DNA of 64,000 nucleotides from Vulcanimicrobiota bacterium (GCA_963714015.1 OY970223.1:1248001-1312000); one strand, 5' to 3'. Positions 48,886 through 59,909 are shown, numbered from the stretch's first letter. Notes: a model not told the origin generated them from the sequence alone. A program made the numbers and translations.

Positions 48886-49225
48886 TTACGGTTCACGCTC
48901 TTCGGTGACTCGAACGTGCTGCGGATACTGACGGGCGATCTGTTCGACGGCAAGCCGCGCGGTCTCGACGATGGCGGCAACTCGCTCGTCTTCGCGGGAG
49001 CGCTGCGGCCAGCGCATGGCGAGGTCTCCCGAATGCTGCGTGACGTCGAGCGGAAGCTTGACGTGCGCTTCCAGCCCCAGACGAGCAGCCTGCAAAATCG
49101 CCGAAACGGCCGCGCACACCAGCGAGTATTCATCCGAGCTGGTCTCGGCGATCTCGCACGTGACCGGACGCAAAAGCAGAGGACAGCCTATCAAGGCTGT
49201 CCCTGCGGAAAACGACCTCCAGCAT
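48886..49225 (-). CDS. prp: Ribosomal-processing cysteine protease Prp (frameshift near 49157)
   Basis: MLEVVFRRD..ASGH in one frame, LVCAAVSA..IARQYPQHV in next; directly after rplU. Confidence 0.85.
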
Positions 49226-49233
49226 ATGCTGCC

Positions 49234-49551
49234 TTATGGGAGCTGGATCTTCGTTATCTTGACTTCGGCGAACCGCTGACGGTGACCGGTCAGCTTCCGG
49301 ACGCGCTTCTTCGGCTTGTATTTGAAGACGAGAATCTTCTTGTCTTTGTCCTGTCGCAGAACCGTGCCGGTGACCGATGCGCCGCTGACAATGGGAGATC
49401 CGAGCGTCACGCCGTCACCGCCCTTGCTTGCAAGGACGATGCGGTCGAACGTCACGTCGGAACCGACCTCGCTCTCCAGCAGGTCGCACTTGATAACGTC
49501 ACCCTCGGAGACCTTGTACTGCTTTCCGCCGGTCTCGATAATCGCGTACAT
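49234..49551 (-). CDS. rplU: 50S ribosomal protein L21
   Basis: MYAIIETGGKQYKV, FKYKPKK, GHRQ. Confidence 0.98.
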   Translation of the reverse strand: MYAIIETGGKQYKVSEGDVIKCDLLESEVGSDVTFDRIVLASKGGDGVTLGSPIVSGASVTGTVLRQDKDKKILVFKYKPKKRVRKLTGHRQRFAEVKITKIQLP

Positions 49552-49561
49552 AACCTTTGGA

Positions 49562-49590
49562 ACATTAGCAGAGGCCCCGGTGCCTGTCAA
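49562..49590 (-). promoter_or_regulatory. Sigma70 promoter for rplU
   Basis: TTGACA-N17-TAATGT, only 10 nt before the ATG. Confidence 0.7.
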
Positions 49591-49620
49591 CGCTGCCCGC
49601 GCAGCACTAGCCGCAGGCGC

Positions 49621-49650
49621 TTGACCGTTGGGCGGCAATCGTGCTATTGT
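49621..49650 (+). promoter_or_regulatory. Sigma70 promoter for the ABC exporter operon
   Basis: TTGACC-N18-TATTGT with TG extension. Confidence 0.55.
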
Positions 49651-49699
49651 CGCAGAGAAGTCTATAAAATAGACCAGTCTGAAGGGATTGACGCTGCTG

Positions 49700-50298
49700 A
49701 TGGACGCACGAGAAGCGCGGGAGCACTTGGAAATGGTCGACGCGATCCTGAAAGGGGAGAACGCGACGGCGGAACTTGGGCTTGCCGCGAACTGGGGTTC
49801 ACCCTCATCGGCTTCGGCCTCGGTGCGGGCATCCTCAACATCGCCTACCAGATGGGAAGCGTAGAGAATTCCAATCCGGCCCTAGTAATTGCCGGAAGCG
49901 TGCTCCTGCTCGCCTCGCTGATCTATATGGCCACGTGGATGGCGCTTGGGTATCGGAACGCGGAGCGCATATCGCTCGCAGCGGTGCGCAGCGGTCGCGT
50001 GATGGGGGCGGTATGGGGAAGCGTCTTCGTTGCAGCGCTCTGCCAACCGCACGTTTTTACGGGTTGGTCCGCCAGCGCAATTTGGAGTCTGGGCGGCGCC
50101 ATCTCGCTGCTGGTCAGCGGTTTCTTCGGCGATCGGCGCGCGCTGTGCGGCGGATTGATTCTGCTTGCGTCGATGCTCGTCGCCAACTACGTGCCCTCGA
50201 TTACCGGTTATGCGCTCGCCGCGGGGTTCTTTGCCGGTTATGTCGGCAGCGGAATCCTGTACGTTCTCGGGTCGAACCCGGCGCGAAATCGTGGATGA
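49700..50298 (+). CDS. Hypothetical membrane protein (frameshift near 49770-49795)
   Basis: MDAREAREHLEMVDAIL start, then about 6 TM helices in another frame. Confidence 0.65.
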
Positions 50299-50575
50299 TC
50301 TGCTGCTCTCCAAGATTCGCCTGGGCGTCATCGCGGAGCTGCTGACTGCAAAATGGGCTGCGTTCACCGACTTGCAGCGCGCGACGCAAACGACGAACGG
50401 AAATCTCGGCGCGCACCTTGCGAAACTCGTCGAAGCCGGCTACGTCTACGAAGAGAAGACGTTTGTAAACCGCCGCCCCCAATCGCGTTATAGCCTATCG
50501 CCAATCGGCAAGGCTGCATTCGTCGAGCACGTTCGAGAGATGCAGTCGCTGCTGAATAAAGGAGAAACCGCATGA
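50291..50575 (+). CDS. Winged-helix transcriptional regulator (HTH_34-like)
   Basis: SKIRLGVI, TNGNLGAHLAKLVEAGYV, RPQSRYSL..GKAAF. Confidence 0.88.
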   Translation: MDDLLLSKIRLGVIAELLTAKWAAFTDLQRATQTTNGNLGAHLAKLVEAGYVYEEKTFVNRRPQSRYSLSPIGKAAFVEHVREMQSLLNKGETA

Positions 50576-51422
50576 GCTCTGGTGCAACTCCGGAGCCTCC
50601 GCAAGAGGTACGGCAAACATATCGCGGTCGACGGCGTTTCGTTTGCCGTCGCGAAAGGCGAAGTTGTCGCGCTGCTCGGCGCCAACGGCGCAGGCAAGAC
50701 CACCACGCTGGAGATCTTACTCGGCCTTCGGCGCGCGGACTCGGGCAGTGTGGAACTGAACGCGCGAACCGTCGGCGTAACGCCGCAAGAAACCGGCATG
50801 CCGCAGAACGTCCGCGTGCGCGAGATCCTCGAGTTCGTGTCGTCCGCACTACCCAAATCCGGCGGGGGCGCATGCGATTCTCCAGGCGTTCGATCTGCAG
50901 CAACTGGCCGCGCGTCAGACCGGCGGATTATCCGGCGGTCAATTGCGCCGCCTCGCGCTTGCGCTCGCATTCGTAGGTCAGCCCGAGCTCGTCGTGCTGG
51001 ACGAGCCGACCACCGGTTTGGACATCGAGGCGCGCCGCAATGTTTGGGCGTTCGTCCGCGCGTACGCCGAAGGCGGCGGCACCGTACTCCTCACCACGCA
51101 TCATATGGAAGAAGCCGAAGCGCTCGCGAGCCGCATACTCGTGATGAGCGCGGGATCGATCGTGCGCGACGGGACGCCGGCTCAAATCCGGCGCACCGTT
51201 ACGACCCGCAGGCTCTCGTACGCCGGACGTCCCTTCGAGCCGTCCGCGTTTGGGATCGACGGCACGGTGCAGCAAGACGACGGTCGCGTCATCATCACCA
51301 CAGCCGATACGGACGCGTTGCTCCGCGCGATGGTGCGAAACGATATTGCGTTTACCGATCTCTCCGTAACCGGCGCAAGCCTGGAAGACGCGGTCCTCTC
51401 GCTGACAGGAGTTTCCAAATGA
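50572..51422 (+). CDS. ABC exporter ATP-binding protein (frameshifts near 50578 and 50850-50880)
   Basis: GANGAGKTT, LSGGQLRR, VLDEPTTGLD, LTTHHMEEAE. Confidence 0.88.
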
Positions 51423-52153
51423 TCGCACTGCTCGGGCAATACGTCCGCATCCAGTGGCTTCAACTGATCCGTATGCCGGGATTCGTCATCCCGACGATCG
51501 GTTTTCCGGCCCTATTTTACTCGCTCTTCGATTTGAACTTCGCTCGCGCGCACTTGAATATTGCCGGCGTGCTGATGCTCGGATACGTTGCGTTCGCCAT
51601 CATCGGCGTGACGCTCTTTCAATTCGGCGTCGGCATAGCCAATGAACGCACGACGCCGTGGGAGCGCTACGTGCGGACGCTTCCCGCGCCGGTCGGGGTT
51701 CGTTTCGGCGGCCGAATCGTCGTCGCTGCGATGTTCGGTCTCGTCGCCGCCGGCTTTGTGGTGCTCGTTGCCTCGCTGGCAACCGGCGTTCACTATACCA
51801 TATCGCAATGGGCCGCTATCGGCGCAGCAATGTTGGCGGGCGGGGCGGTCTTCACCATCTTCGGTATCGCCATCGGATATTGGTGCACGCCGAAGTCGGC
51901 GATTCCGATCGCGAACGTGTTCTATCTGCTGCTGTCGTTTGCGGGCGGTCTGTGGATTCCGCCGTCGGAACTTCCCCAGTTTGCGCGCGTCATCTCGCCC
52001 TTCACCCCTACGCGCCAGTTTGCCGATCTGCTTTGGAATGCGCCTTCGGGATTGTCCGTTCACGCGTTGACCGCACTTGCGGTATTCGGAGCGGGATTTG
52101 CGATCGTCGCCGCAATCGGTTACCGCCGCGACGAGAAACAACGATATGCCTGA
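51419..52153 (+). CDS. ABC-2 type permease
   Basis: 6 TM, FGVGIANER..W..RTLP, FAGGLWIP..LP. Confidence 0.9.
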   Translation: MIALLGQYVRIQWLQLIRMPGFVIPTIGFPALFYSLFDLNFARAHLNIAGVLMLGYVAFAIIGVTLFQFGVGIANERTTPWERYVRTLPAPVGVRFGGRIVVAAMFGLVAAGFVVLVASLATGVHYTISQWAAIGAAMLAGGAVFTIFGIAIGYWCTPKSAIPIANVFYLLLSFAGGLWIPPSELPQFARVISPFTPTRQFADLLWNAPSGLSVHALTALAVFGAGFAIVAAIGYRRDEKQRYA

Positions 52154-52888
52154 TGCCATGAACGTCGAACGGTCGCCGTGGTGGTACCGGCGCCGCGACG
52201 CCGTGTTCGGAATGATCTACGGTATCGGCTTCTTCGGCGCTTGGGCCTTCTCTGCGGCGACGCATCAACCGTATCGTCCGTGGTTCGTGGCTATTGCGCA
52301 GGAGTGGGGCAGCGACGGATGGACGCGAGTTGCCGCTGTCATGATAGGGTTGATGGCTGCAAGTTTCATACTGCGCCTTTGGGGTTCTCAGCTATCTTCA
52401 CACGAACGTCGTGTGGAGCGATGATGCCCGCACCGACTCACTCGTAATCGCGGGACCATTCCGCTACCTTCGCAATCCGTTATATGTGGGGAACATCCTG
52501 ATGGCCTTGAGCTTCAGCTTGTTCGCGCCGATCGGCGGCTGGATAGATATAAACGTGATGAACCTGGTCTTCGTCGGGGCGTTGATCCGCTGGGAAGAGC
52601 GGGGGCTCGAAAGCTCGGTACGGTGCCGCCTACGATGCTTACTGCACAACCGTTCCCTCTTTGCTGCCCAGGATTCCGCCTGCGGCCGGCAACGCGTTCG
52701 TTCGGCCTTCCGTTATTGAAGGGCTCCGGTCGGAAATTTTCGTCGGCTGCCTCTTTTTGGGTATGATCGTGATGTTCGTGGCGCCATTGAGTTACGGGTT
52801 TGCCGCTTTCGCGGTATTGTACGTCGCCGGTATCGTCGCACAGCGTATTGCGGCAGGCAGAGCGGAGAACTCCGGGCAAGTAGGTTAA
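52146..52888 (+). CDS. Isoprenylcysteine carboxylmethyltransferase/PEMT-family membrane methyltransferase (frameshifts near 52390 and 52615)
   Basis: LRLWG, LVIAGPFRYLRNPLYVG, EE..L, VP.LLPR. Confidence 0.78.
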
Positions 52889-52891
52889 ACG

Positions 52892-54328
52892 ATGCGGAGC
52901 GCCCGGTTCGTCTTAATCGCGTGGGGCGCCGTTGCTGTGGTGACGGCGCTTCGCGCTGTCTTTGCGGCGACTCTTCCATTGACCGGAGACGAAGCGTACT
53001 ACTGGGAATGGAGTCGCAGACTTGCTGCCGGCTACGTCGATCATCCGCCTGCCGTCGCGTTTGCAATCGCGGCATTCTCTTGGCTTGGCCGCTCGCCGCT
53101 GGCAATTCGTCTGCCTTTCATTTTATGCGGATTGCTGACCGCGCTTGCGGCAGCCGGTGCCGCAGCTGCGTTGACGCGCAATGCGCTCGCCGGTGCGGCG
53201 GCTGCGCTCTGCGTTTCGCTCGCTCCGATAATGAACGTCGGATTCGGCATTGCAACTCCTGACGGGCCTTTCGCCTTAGGCTGGGCTGCATCGCTCTACT
53301 TTGCGGTAGTTGCGTTTCGCGATCGACGGCGGCATTGGTTCGTGGCGCTGGGCCTCGCGCTGGGCGTTACCATACTTTCGCGGTACTTCGGATTTGCTTT
53401 GATCCTCGGCGTCGTCATTGCGGCCATCGTTTCGCGCGAGCGCAAGCTCTGGCGCGACGGGCTTTGGATCTCCTTCGTGCTGGCATTGGGAATGTACGCT
53501 CCGTTCTTGGCTTGGAACGCCCACCACCACTGGAGTTCATTCGGTTTTGCGCTTTTCCAGCGGCATCCGGCAGATGAAGCGGGTGCGTTTCGACCTGCTC
53601 TGCTCTATGGGCTGGATGCACTTGCATTCTCGCCCGGCCTGTGGATCGCGGCGACTCTCCTGATCCTCAGAATGAATCAACCTCTTGTGACGTGGACGGC
53701 TCTCCCGCTCTGCGTTCTGCTGTTCGCACTGGCGTTTCACGAGCGCGTCGAGGTCTACTGGTTTATCGGTCCGTTCGTTTCTGTGTGCGTGGGATTAGGA
53801 ACCCTGCGTCCCGCCAGCCCGTGGATATGGGCGCCTGCAGCGGCGCTGAGTGCCGTAGTATTTGTCGCGGCAACGATTCCCGTGCCCGTATTCTCCGCAC
53901 TCGAACGCGCCGGACTGCATTTGAGCGGCGGCGGTCCGTTTGAAATTTTCACATACCGCCGCTTGGCCGCAGATGCCGGCGCGATAGCTCACGCGCACGA
54001 TGCAGTCGTGATGACCGACGGATACGGCTTCTCCTCGCTGCTCGATTTTTATGCGAACGTGCAGCCGGTAGTCATCGGCTACGACGCGCAAGGCACCGAA
54101 TCCGAACGCTGGTTCAGCGACCGCAGCCGGCCCACGCAAGCGCTTTTCATCGACAAGGTTCCGCTCTCGACTCGCCCGGATTTTTCACAACAGCTGAATC
54201 GCGCGTGCGGCCACGTCGTGCCCGGTCCCGTTCTGGCTTACCGGTACCGCCGCTACTTCACGACGTGGTGCGACAAAATGACGCCGAACGCCGTAGCGAC
54301 GCTGCGCTGGCGAACTGCGGCCAACTGA
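52892..54328 (+). CDS. Glycosyltransferase family 39 (ArnT/PMT-like)
   Basis: DEAYYWEWS, GYVDHPP, TPDGP, PFLAWN; multi-TM. Confidence 0.88.
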   Translation: MRSARFVLIAWGAVAVVTALRAVFAATLPLTGDEAYYWEWSRRLAAGYVDHPPAVAFAIAAFSWLGRSPLAIRLPFILCGLLTALAAAGAAAALTRNALAGAAAALCVSLAPIMNVGFGIATPDGPFALGWAASLYFAVVAFRDRRRHWFVALGLALGVTILSRYFGFALILGVVIAAIVSRERKLWRDGLWISFVLALGMYAPFLAWNAHHHWSSFGFALFQRHPADEAGAFRPALLYGLDALAFSPGLWIAATLLILRMNQPLVTWTALPLCVLLFALAFHERVEVYWFIGPFVSVCVGLGTLRPASPWIWAPAAALSAVVFVAATIPVPVFSALERAGLHLSGGGPFEIFTYRRLAADAGAIAHAHDAVVMTDGYGFSSLLDFYANVQPVVIGYDAQGTESERWFSDRSRPTQALFIDKVPLSTRPDFSQQLNRACGHVVPGPVLAYRYRRYFTTWCDKMTPNAVATLRWRTAAN

Positions 54329-54331
54329 TCA

Positions 54332-56569
54332 TCATTTCGGGCTAAGCGTCAAGGTTCGCACGGCTCCCGCGCTGACCGCGGCGTCACTGAACGGCAGCGG
54401 AATCATGCGCTGGTCGATCCAGGCCGCGCTCTGATCCTTGTAGTGGCCGGAACCCGGCTCGCCTGATTCACCGCTGGGAATGACGATGCCGCCGGCGTCC
54501 CAGTCGCCCACATCCCAGACTGCGCGAAAGCTTTGGGTATCGCGCGTGTTCTGCACGTGTATCGAATAACTGTCGCCGTCACCCGGCAGCAAGACGCCGT
54601 TCAAGAATCCGAATCCCAATGCCGCCAGCGGATGTTTGATCGGAACCGGATCGTAGGCACCCCATGTCTGCAACAGCCGCGAACCTTGCTGCTTTACCGC
54701 GGCGCGTAATGATTCCACCAGCAGCTCGTCGTAGTCGCCGTTGCGCCACCACCCCGCGGGTCGCTCGCGCAGGACCCGCATCAGCAGCACGATCTCCGTA
54801 TTCGCCGCGAGATTGGGGCGATCGCTGGCGCTGTACGCTTTGCTCGCGGGTCCGGCAGCGTAGTCGGCGAGCGACTGCGCCGCAATCTGGGCCACTGCGC
54901 GCACGATCGGTGCGCCGGTCGAGCCCGGATCGAAACGGCCGTTCCACTGCCGGACAGCTTGCATATAGGGCCGCAGCGTGGCGTCTTGTTGCACGTGCTT
55001 GCGTTGCGCGGCGGCAAGCAGGTTTGCGGCGAGGTCGCGTTCGGGAAGTGAAAGCGTATCCGTTTGGAACGACGCAAAATCGTTTACACCCAGCTTCGGC
55101 TTCGAATGAAGCATCTGCTTGATTCGCGCGGCGCGATAAGGCGGTTCGAAGAACGCCGTGAGGCGGTAGGGGTAACCGCGTCCGTACATGCGATTATTGG
55201 CGGTAAACACCAGGCTGCCGGGTGAGGCTGCAACCTTCGGCAGTCGATCGAACGGGACGAACGGATAGAGCGGATCGGTCGCGGCGTGAACGCGCAATCC
55301 CCACGACGGATCGTCGGGAATCAGTCCGGCGAGCTGATACGCGGCACTGCCGGTGCGATCCGCCAGCACGAAATTCTGCGGCGGGCCGGGGTATTTGCGC
55401 AAGGCGTCGAGCGCCTGCGCGATCGATCGCGCACGATCGAGCCCTTCGAACGTAACGAGTGCAGTGCGCGGCGTGCGGACGGCGTTCCAGTCGACGGCAT
55501 ATGCGGTCCGTCCCTCGGTGCGCGCGACGAAGCCATGGGCCGTGGAATAATACGTTGCCGTAACGTCCCGCCCGAAGCGCACGTGAAAGATTTCGCGCCG
55601 CTGCCGCGCGCCGTCGAGAGAATCGCGATAGACGACTTCGGTCGTGACCGTTCCGTTGGTGGCGCCCCATGCGAGGTCGTCGTTATGTCCCAGAATAACG
55701 CCGGGCGTTCCGGCAAGCGAAGCCCCGGCGACGTGCAGATCGGGATCGTGCAGGTCGAGCAAATACCAAACGCCGGGGATCTGGAGCCGAAGATGCGGAT
55801 CGTTTGCGAGCAGCGCGTGCCCGTCGGCAGAATGCCGGGCGCCCGTGGCCCATTCGTTGCTGCCGATCGGTTCACGTCCCGGAACGGCAAACGCCGCGCG
55901 CGCCTGCCGCGGAGTGAGCGGCGGGACGGGTGCTTTCCGCGGCGAGGTGAGCGGGACGTCGTATGCGGGATCCGTGATCGAGTAGAGCTCGCGCGCCCAC
56001 GAGACGCCGGTCGTTCGCGCTACCCGATCGCGCGTGATGACGTCATCCCAAGGATCGATCAAATCGAGCGCCGTCGCCATCCCGACGGCGAGCGAGTCCT
56101 GCGGCTCCCACGGCTGCGGCCGGTAAAGCAGAAGATGAAATTCCACGGGCAGCGGCTGCTGCCGCATGGCCGCGTTGATTCCGTCGCAGAACGACCGTAC
56201 GATCGCGCGATCGCCCGCAGTCATGTTCGACCACTGTTCCCGCGCTATCGCTGCAATGTCCACGATGCGCGCCTTCTCGTCGGCTGCCAGCGCCGCAGGG
56301 CCGATCACTTCGGCAAGTCTGCCGTAGACGTACCGTCGCAGCAGATCCATTTGAAAAAGCCGGTCGGACGCTTCGGCATATCCCTGCGCGAAGAACAGAT
56401 CGCGATCGTTGCGCGCCCGAATATGCGCAATGTCCCGATTGTCGCGAATTATTTGAACCGAAGCACTCAGGCCGGGCTCCCGAAGCGTTCCGGCGGTTTG
56501 CGCCGCCGCCCGCATTCCGGCGAGCGCGTTAACTACCCAGGCCAAGACAAGTGCCAAAATTAGGAGCAA
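54332..56569 (-). CDS. Penicillin acylase family Ntn-hydrolase (true start may be ATG 56633 with a frameshift)
   Basis: FFAQGY..DRLFQMD, GSNEW nucleophile, LLANDPHL, TANN, GESG. Confidence 0.92.
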   Translation of the reverse strand: MLLILALVLAWVVNALAGMRAAAQTAGTLREPGLSASVQIIRDNRDIAHIRARNDRDLFFAQGYAEASDRLFQMDLLRRYVYGRLAEVIGPAALAADEKARIVDIAAIAREQWSNMTAGDRAIVRSFCDGINAAMRQQPLPVEFHLLLYRPQPWEPQDSLAVGMATALDLIDPWDDVITRDRVARTTGVSWARELYSITDPAYDVPLTSPRKAPVPPLTPRQARAAFAVPGREPIGSNEWATGARHSADGHALLANDPHLRLQIPGVWYLLDLHDPDLHVAGASLAGTPGVILGHNDDLAWGATNGTVTTEVVYRDSLDGARQRREIFHVRFGRDVTATYYSTAHGFVARTEGRTAYAVDWNAVRTPRTALVTFEGLDRARSIAQALDALRKYPGPPQNFVLADRTGSAAYQLAGLIPDDPSWGLRVHAATDPLYPFVPFDRLPKVAASPGSLVFTANNRMYGRGYPYRLTAFFEPPYRAARIKQMLHSKPKLGVNDFASFQTDTLSLPERDLAANLLAAAQRKHVQQDATLRPYMQAVRQWNGRFDPGSTGAPIVRAVAQIAAQSLADYAAGPASKAYSASDRPNLAANTEIVLLMRVLRERPAGWWRNGDYDELLVESLRAAVKQQGSRLLQTWGAYDPVPIKHPLAALGFGFLNGVLLPGDGDSYSIHVQNTRDTQSFRAVWDVGDWDAGGIVIPSGESGEPGSGHYKDQSAAWIDQRMIPLPFSDAAVSAGAVRTLTLSPK

Positions 56570-56610
56570 AACGGCGAGTGCAGTCTGCGGTAAGGCTGCT
56601 GCGCCGCCGC

Positions 56611-56916
56611 TTAGACGTCGACGTATACGTCATCGCCTTCGACCGTGACTGCATACGTTGCCACGCCGATAACCGCCGGCAGCGTCAGCGCCTCGCCGGT
56701 ACGCACGTCGAACTGCGCGCCGTGCCGAGGGCATTCGATCTTGCATCCGTCTAAATTTCCTTGATCGAGCGGACCTCCGTCGTGCGTGCAGACGTCTTCG
56801 ATCGCATAGAGCTCGCCCTCGCAGCGGCAGAGCAACACCCCGGCGCCGGCCGTCACGACGCGAAGCGTCGTGCCTTCAGCGATGCTGCCGGTCTTTGCGA
56901 CGGGTCCGCTTTTCAT
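56611..56916 (-). CDS. Rieske-type [2Fe-2S] ferredoxin
   Basis: CTHDGG..CPRHGAQFDVRTG. Confidence 0.92.
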   Translation of the reverse strand: MKSGPVAKTGSIAEGTTLRVVTAGAGVLLCRCEGELYAIEDVCTHDGGPLDQGNLDGCKIECPRHGAQFDVRTGEALTLPAVIGVATYAVTVEGDDVYVDV

Positions 56917-56994
56917 GCGCGTGCAGTTTCGCGCGCATCCGATTTCGCCTTGCGGATGAGCGGAAAACATCCGCAAAGCCCCAAAGAATGCGGC

Positions 56995-58395
56995 ATGAAG
57001 ATATCTCCCTTGACGGTGGCTTTTGCGGGTCTGGCCGTCCTGCTGTTAGGTGCGGCTCCGGCGCCGGATTATCAAGCCATGATGAAGGTCATGAAAATTC
57101 CCGGAATGGTGGTGCTCGTCATGGACCATGGAACCGTCGTAAGCGATAACGCCTACGGCGTGAAGAACCTGACGTCGAACGCACCGGTCGACGAGCACAC
57201 GCGCTTCGAGATCGGTTCGATCACCAAGCAGTTCACCGCGGCGGCGATTCTGCGGTTGAAAGAAAAAGGCAAGCTCGCTCTGGACGATCCATTGGCCAAG
57301 TACCTGCCGCAATACACTGCCGCCCGCGACGTCACGCTGCGGCAAATGCTGTTGCAGATTAGCGGCATTCCGAACTACACCGACACCAAAGCGTTCGGCA
57401 AACTGATCGCTCTGCGAAACGGGAGCTGCGTAGTCACCGAACCTGGAAACGTTGAACGCGTCATCACGATGATAAAGAATCAGAAGCTGGATTTTAAGCC
57501 CGGCACGAAGTGGGAGTACAGCAATTCGAACTATTACTTGCTGGGACGGGTTGTGGAGCTCGCGTCCGGAGAACCGTGGGCGCAATACATCAGCGAGCAC
57601 ATTTTTGCGCCGGCGGGCATGACGGAATCCTCCTTCATGGAAGACGAAGGGTCCGTTCCCGACATGGCGACGGGATACGTTTACGATAAGCGGCGTTTCG
57701 TACCGGCGGCCTCGTTCAACGGCTGGGCGGGAGGAGCCGGTACGATCGTTTCGACTGCGAGCGATCTTGCAAAGTGGGATGCCGCGCTCTTTGCCGGCAA
57801 AATCATACCGCCGGAGGACGTCAAGTTGATGACTTCCCCGGGTAAGCTGCCGGCGCTCAGCGGTCACTACGGCTTCGGTTGGGTGATTGATACGTACGAC
57901 GGCCAGCAGCGCGTCTGGCACAACGGCGGAACCCTGGGCTTCAATGCCAGCAATCAAATCTATCCCGCGCAGCGCCAGGCCGTAATCGTCCTGACGAATG
58001 TTGCCGGAGGCGCCGACGCAATCGCGGACCGCACATTCTCCGGGCTCCATCCTGAGCTTGCCGCCGCGCAGAACAAGCCGGCGTCAGGGGAAGATCCCGC
58101 CGTGACCGCGCGCGCTAAGACGGTGTGGTCGGAATTCGTCGCGGGTAAACTCGATCGTTCGCAATTCACGGACGCGATGAACAAAGCTATGACGCCCCAA
58201 GTTATCTCGGGGGCGGCTGCCCAATTCGCGCCCCTCGGCAGCGCGACGTCGTGGGTTTATACCGGGAAACATGCGGATGGCGGTGGTACGACTTACGCAT
58301 ACCACGTGACCTTCGCAAACGGCGCCTCGCTCAACGTGTACATGACCGTCGACGCCTCGAACAAAATCGCCGGATACCTGGCTACGCCGTCTTAA
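56995..58395 (+). CDS. Secreted serine hydrolase, beta-lactamase class C-like
   Basis: Signal peptide, GSITKQF (SxxK), YSN, WHNGG. Confidence 0.9.
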   Translation: MKISPLTVAFAGLAVLLLGAAPAPDYQAMMKVMKIPGMVVLVMDHGTVVSDNAYGVKNLTSNAPVDEHTRFEIGSITKQFTAAAILRLKEKGKLALDDPLAKYLPQYTAARDVTLRQMLLQISGIPNYTDTKAFGKLIALRNGSCVVTEPGNVERVITMIKNQKLDFKPGTKWEYSNSNYYLLGRVVELASGEPWAQYISEHIFAPAGMTESSFMEDEGSVPDMATGYVYDKRRFVPAASFNGWAGGAGTIVSTASDLAKWDAALFAGKIIPPEDVKLMTSPGKLPALSGHYGFGWVIDTYDGQQRVWHNGGTLGFNASNQIYPAQRQAVIVLTNVAGGADAIADRTFSGLHPELAAAQNKPASGEDPAVTARAKTVWSEFVAGKLDRSQFTDAMNKAMTPQVISGAAAQFAPLGSATSWVYTGKHADGGGTTYAYHVTFANGASLNVYMTVDASNKIAGYLATPS

Positions 58396-58412
58396 ATCGT
58401 GACGAATGCGGC

Positions 58413-59825
58413 TTAGCCGACTGAGCCTTCCATCTCCATTTTGACGAGGCGATTCAGTTCGACCGCGTATTCCATCGGGAGTTCCTTGACGAAGAAATCG
58501 AAGAACCCGTTGACGATCATTGCGGTAGCGTCGGCTTCGGATAGGCCGCGGCTCATGGCGTAGAAGAGCTGCTCCTCGCCGATTTTACTGACGCTGGCCT
58601 CGTGTTCGACCGTGGAGCGCTGCTCGTGGATCTTCATCGTGGGCTTGGTATCGCTCGCGGACTGCTCGTCCATGATGAGCGCGTCGCACTTCACGCGCGT
58701 TTTCGCGCCCGTCGCGCCGGGATGCACTTCGACCAAGCCGCGATACGTGGTCTTGCCGCCGTGCGCACTGACGGATTTATTGGTCACCACCGACGTCGTG
58801 TTGGGCGCCGCATGAATCACTTTGGCGCCGGCGTCCTGGTGCTGCCCTTCACCGGCGAATGCCATCGAAAGGATCTCGCCGCGCGCGCCTTCTCCCATCA
58901 AGTAGATCGCCGGGTACTTCATCGTCAGACGTGAGCCGATGTTGCCGTCGACCCATTCGACCGTCGCGTTCTTGTGGGCGTACGCGCGTTTGGTGACCAA
59001 GTTAAAGATGTTGCGGTACCAGTTTTGAATGGTCGTATAACGAATCGACGCATCTTCGAGCGCTATGAGCTCTACGACCGCGCTATGCAGCGAGCTGGTC
59101 GAGAACTTGGGGGCCGTGCAGCCCTCGATGTAGTGAACTTTTGCGCCCTTGTCGGCAATGATCAGCGTGCGCTCGAACTGGCCCATATTCTCAGCGTTGA
59201 TGCGAAAATAGGCCTGGAGCGGCATCTTGACTTCGACGCCGGGCGGAACGTAGACGAACGAGCCGCCCGACCAAACGGCGGAATTCAGCGCAGCGAACTT
59301 GTTGTCTGCGGGCGGAATGATCGTCGCGAAATACTTCTGAAGGATCTCGGGATACTGTTTGACGGCTGTGTCCATGTCGCAGAAAAGGACGCCAAGTTTC
59401 TCGAGCTCGGTGCTGACGTTGTGGTAAACGACTTCGGATTCGTACTGTGCCGACACGCCGGCCAAAAACTTACGTTCGGCTTCGGGAATCCCCAGACGAT
59501 CGAAAGTGCGTTTGATGTCGTCGGGGACGTCGTCCCAAGAGCGCTCCGCCCGGTCGGTCGACTTCACGAAATAGTGGATATTTGCAAAGTCGATCTCATT
59601 CAGCAAAGCCGTGTCGCCCCACCCCGGCATGGGCTTGCTCAAGAAGATCTCCAGCGCTTTCAAGCGGAAGTCGCGCATCCAAGCGGGCTCGCTTTTCATC
59701 TCGCTGATGCGCGTGACGATTTCGCGGGTCAGACCCTTCCCCGATTTGAAGACGTAGTTTTCGGGGTCATGAAAGCCGTGTCGATAGTCGTCGACGATTG
59801 CCGTGGTCTTCAGTTCGGTGGCCAT
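58413..59825 (-). CDS. sufB: Fe-S cluster assembly protein SufB
   Basis: [51 protein letters not shown]. Confidence 0.97.
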   Translation of the reverse strand: MATELKTTAIVDDYRHGFHDPENYVFKSGKGLTREIVTRISEMKSEPAWMRDFRLKALEIFLSKPMPGWGDTALLNEIDFANIHYFVKSTDRAERSWDDVPDDIKRTFDRLGIPEAERKFLAGVSAQYESEVVYHNVSTELEKLGVLFCDMDTAVKQYPEILQKYFATIIPPADNKFAALNSAVWSGGSFVYVPPGVEVKMPLQAYFRINAENMGQFERTLIIADKGAKVHYIEGCTAPKFSTSSLHSAVVELIALEDASIRYTTIQNWYRNIFNLVTKRAYAHKNATVEWVDGNIGSRLTMKYPAIYLMGEGARGEILSMAFAGEGQHQDAGAKVIHAAPNTTSVVTNKSVSAHGGKTTYRGLVEVHPGATGAKTRVKCDALIMDEQSASDTKPTMKIHEQRSTVEHEASVSKIGEEQLFYAMSRGLSEADATAMIVNGFFDFFVKELPMEYAVELNRLVKMEMEGSVG

Positions 59826-59909
59826 CTGCTGCTGTCGAAATTCCTCTTCTTAAGACGTAGGCCGGCGCACGGGCCGACTTTCAGGCTACCCCCGGCGAGG
59901 GCGATAGTC

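Noticed and set aside
50582..52153. ABC ATPase-permease fusion (523 aa)
   Set aside because: Artefact of indels; the ATPase continues in another frame and the permease has its own ATG at 51419
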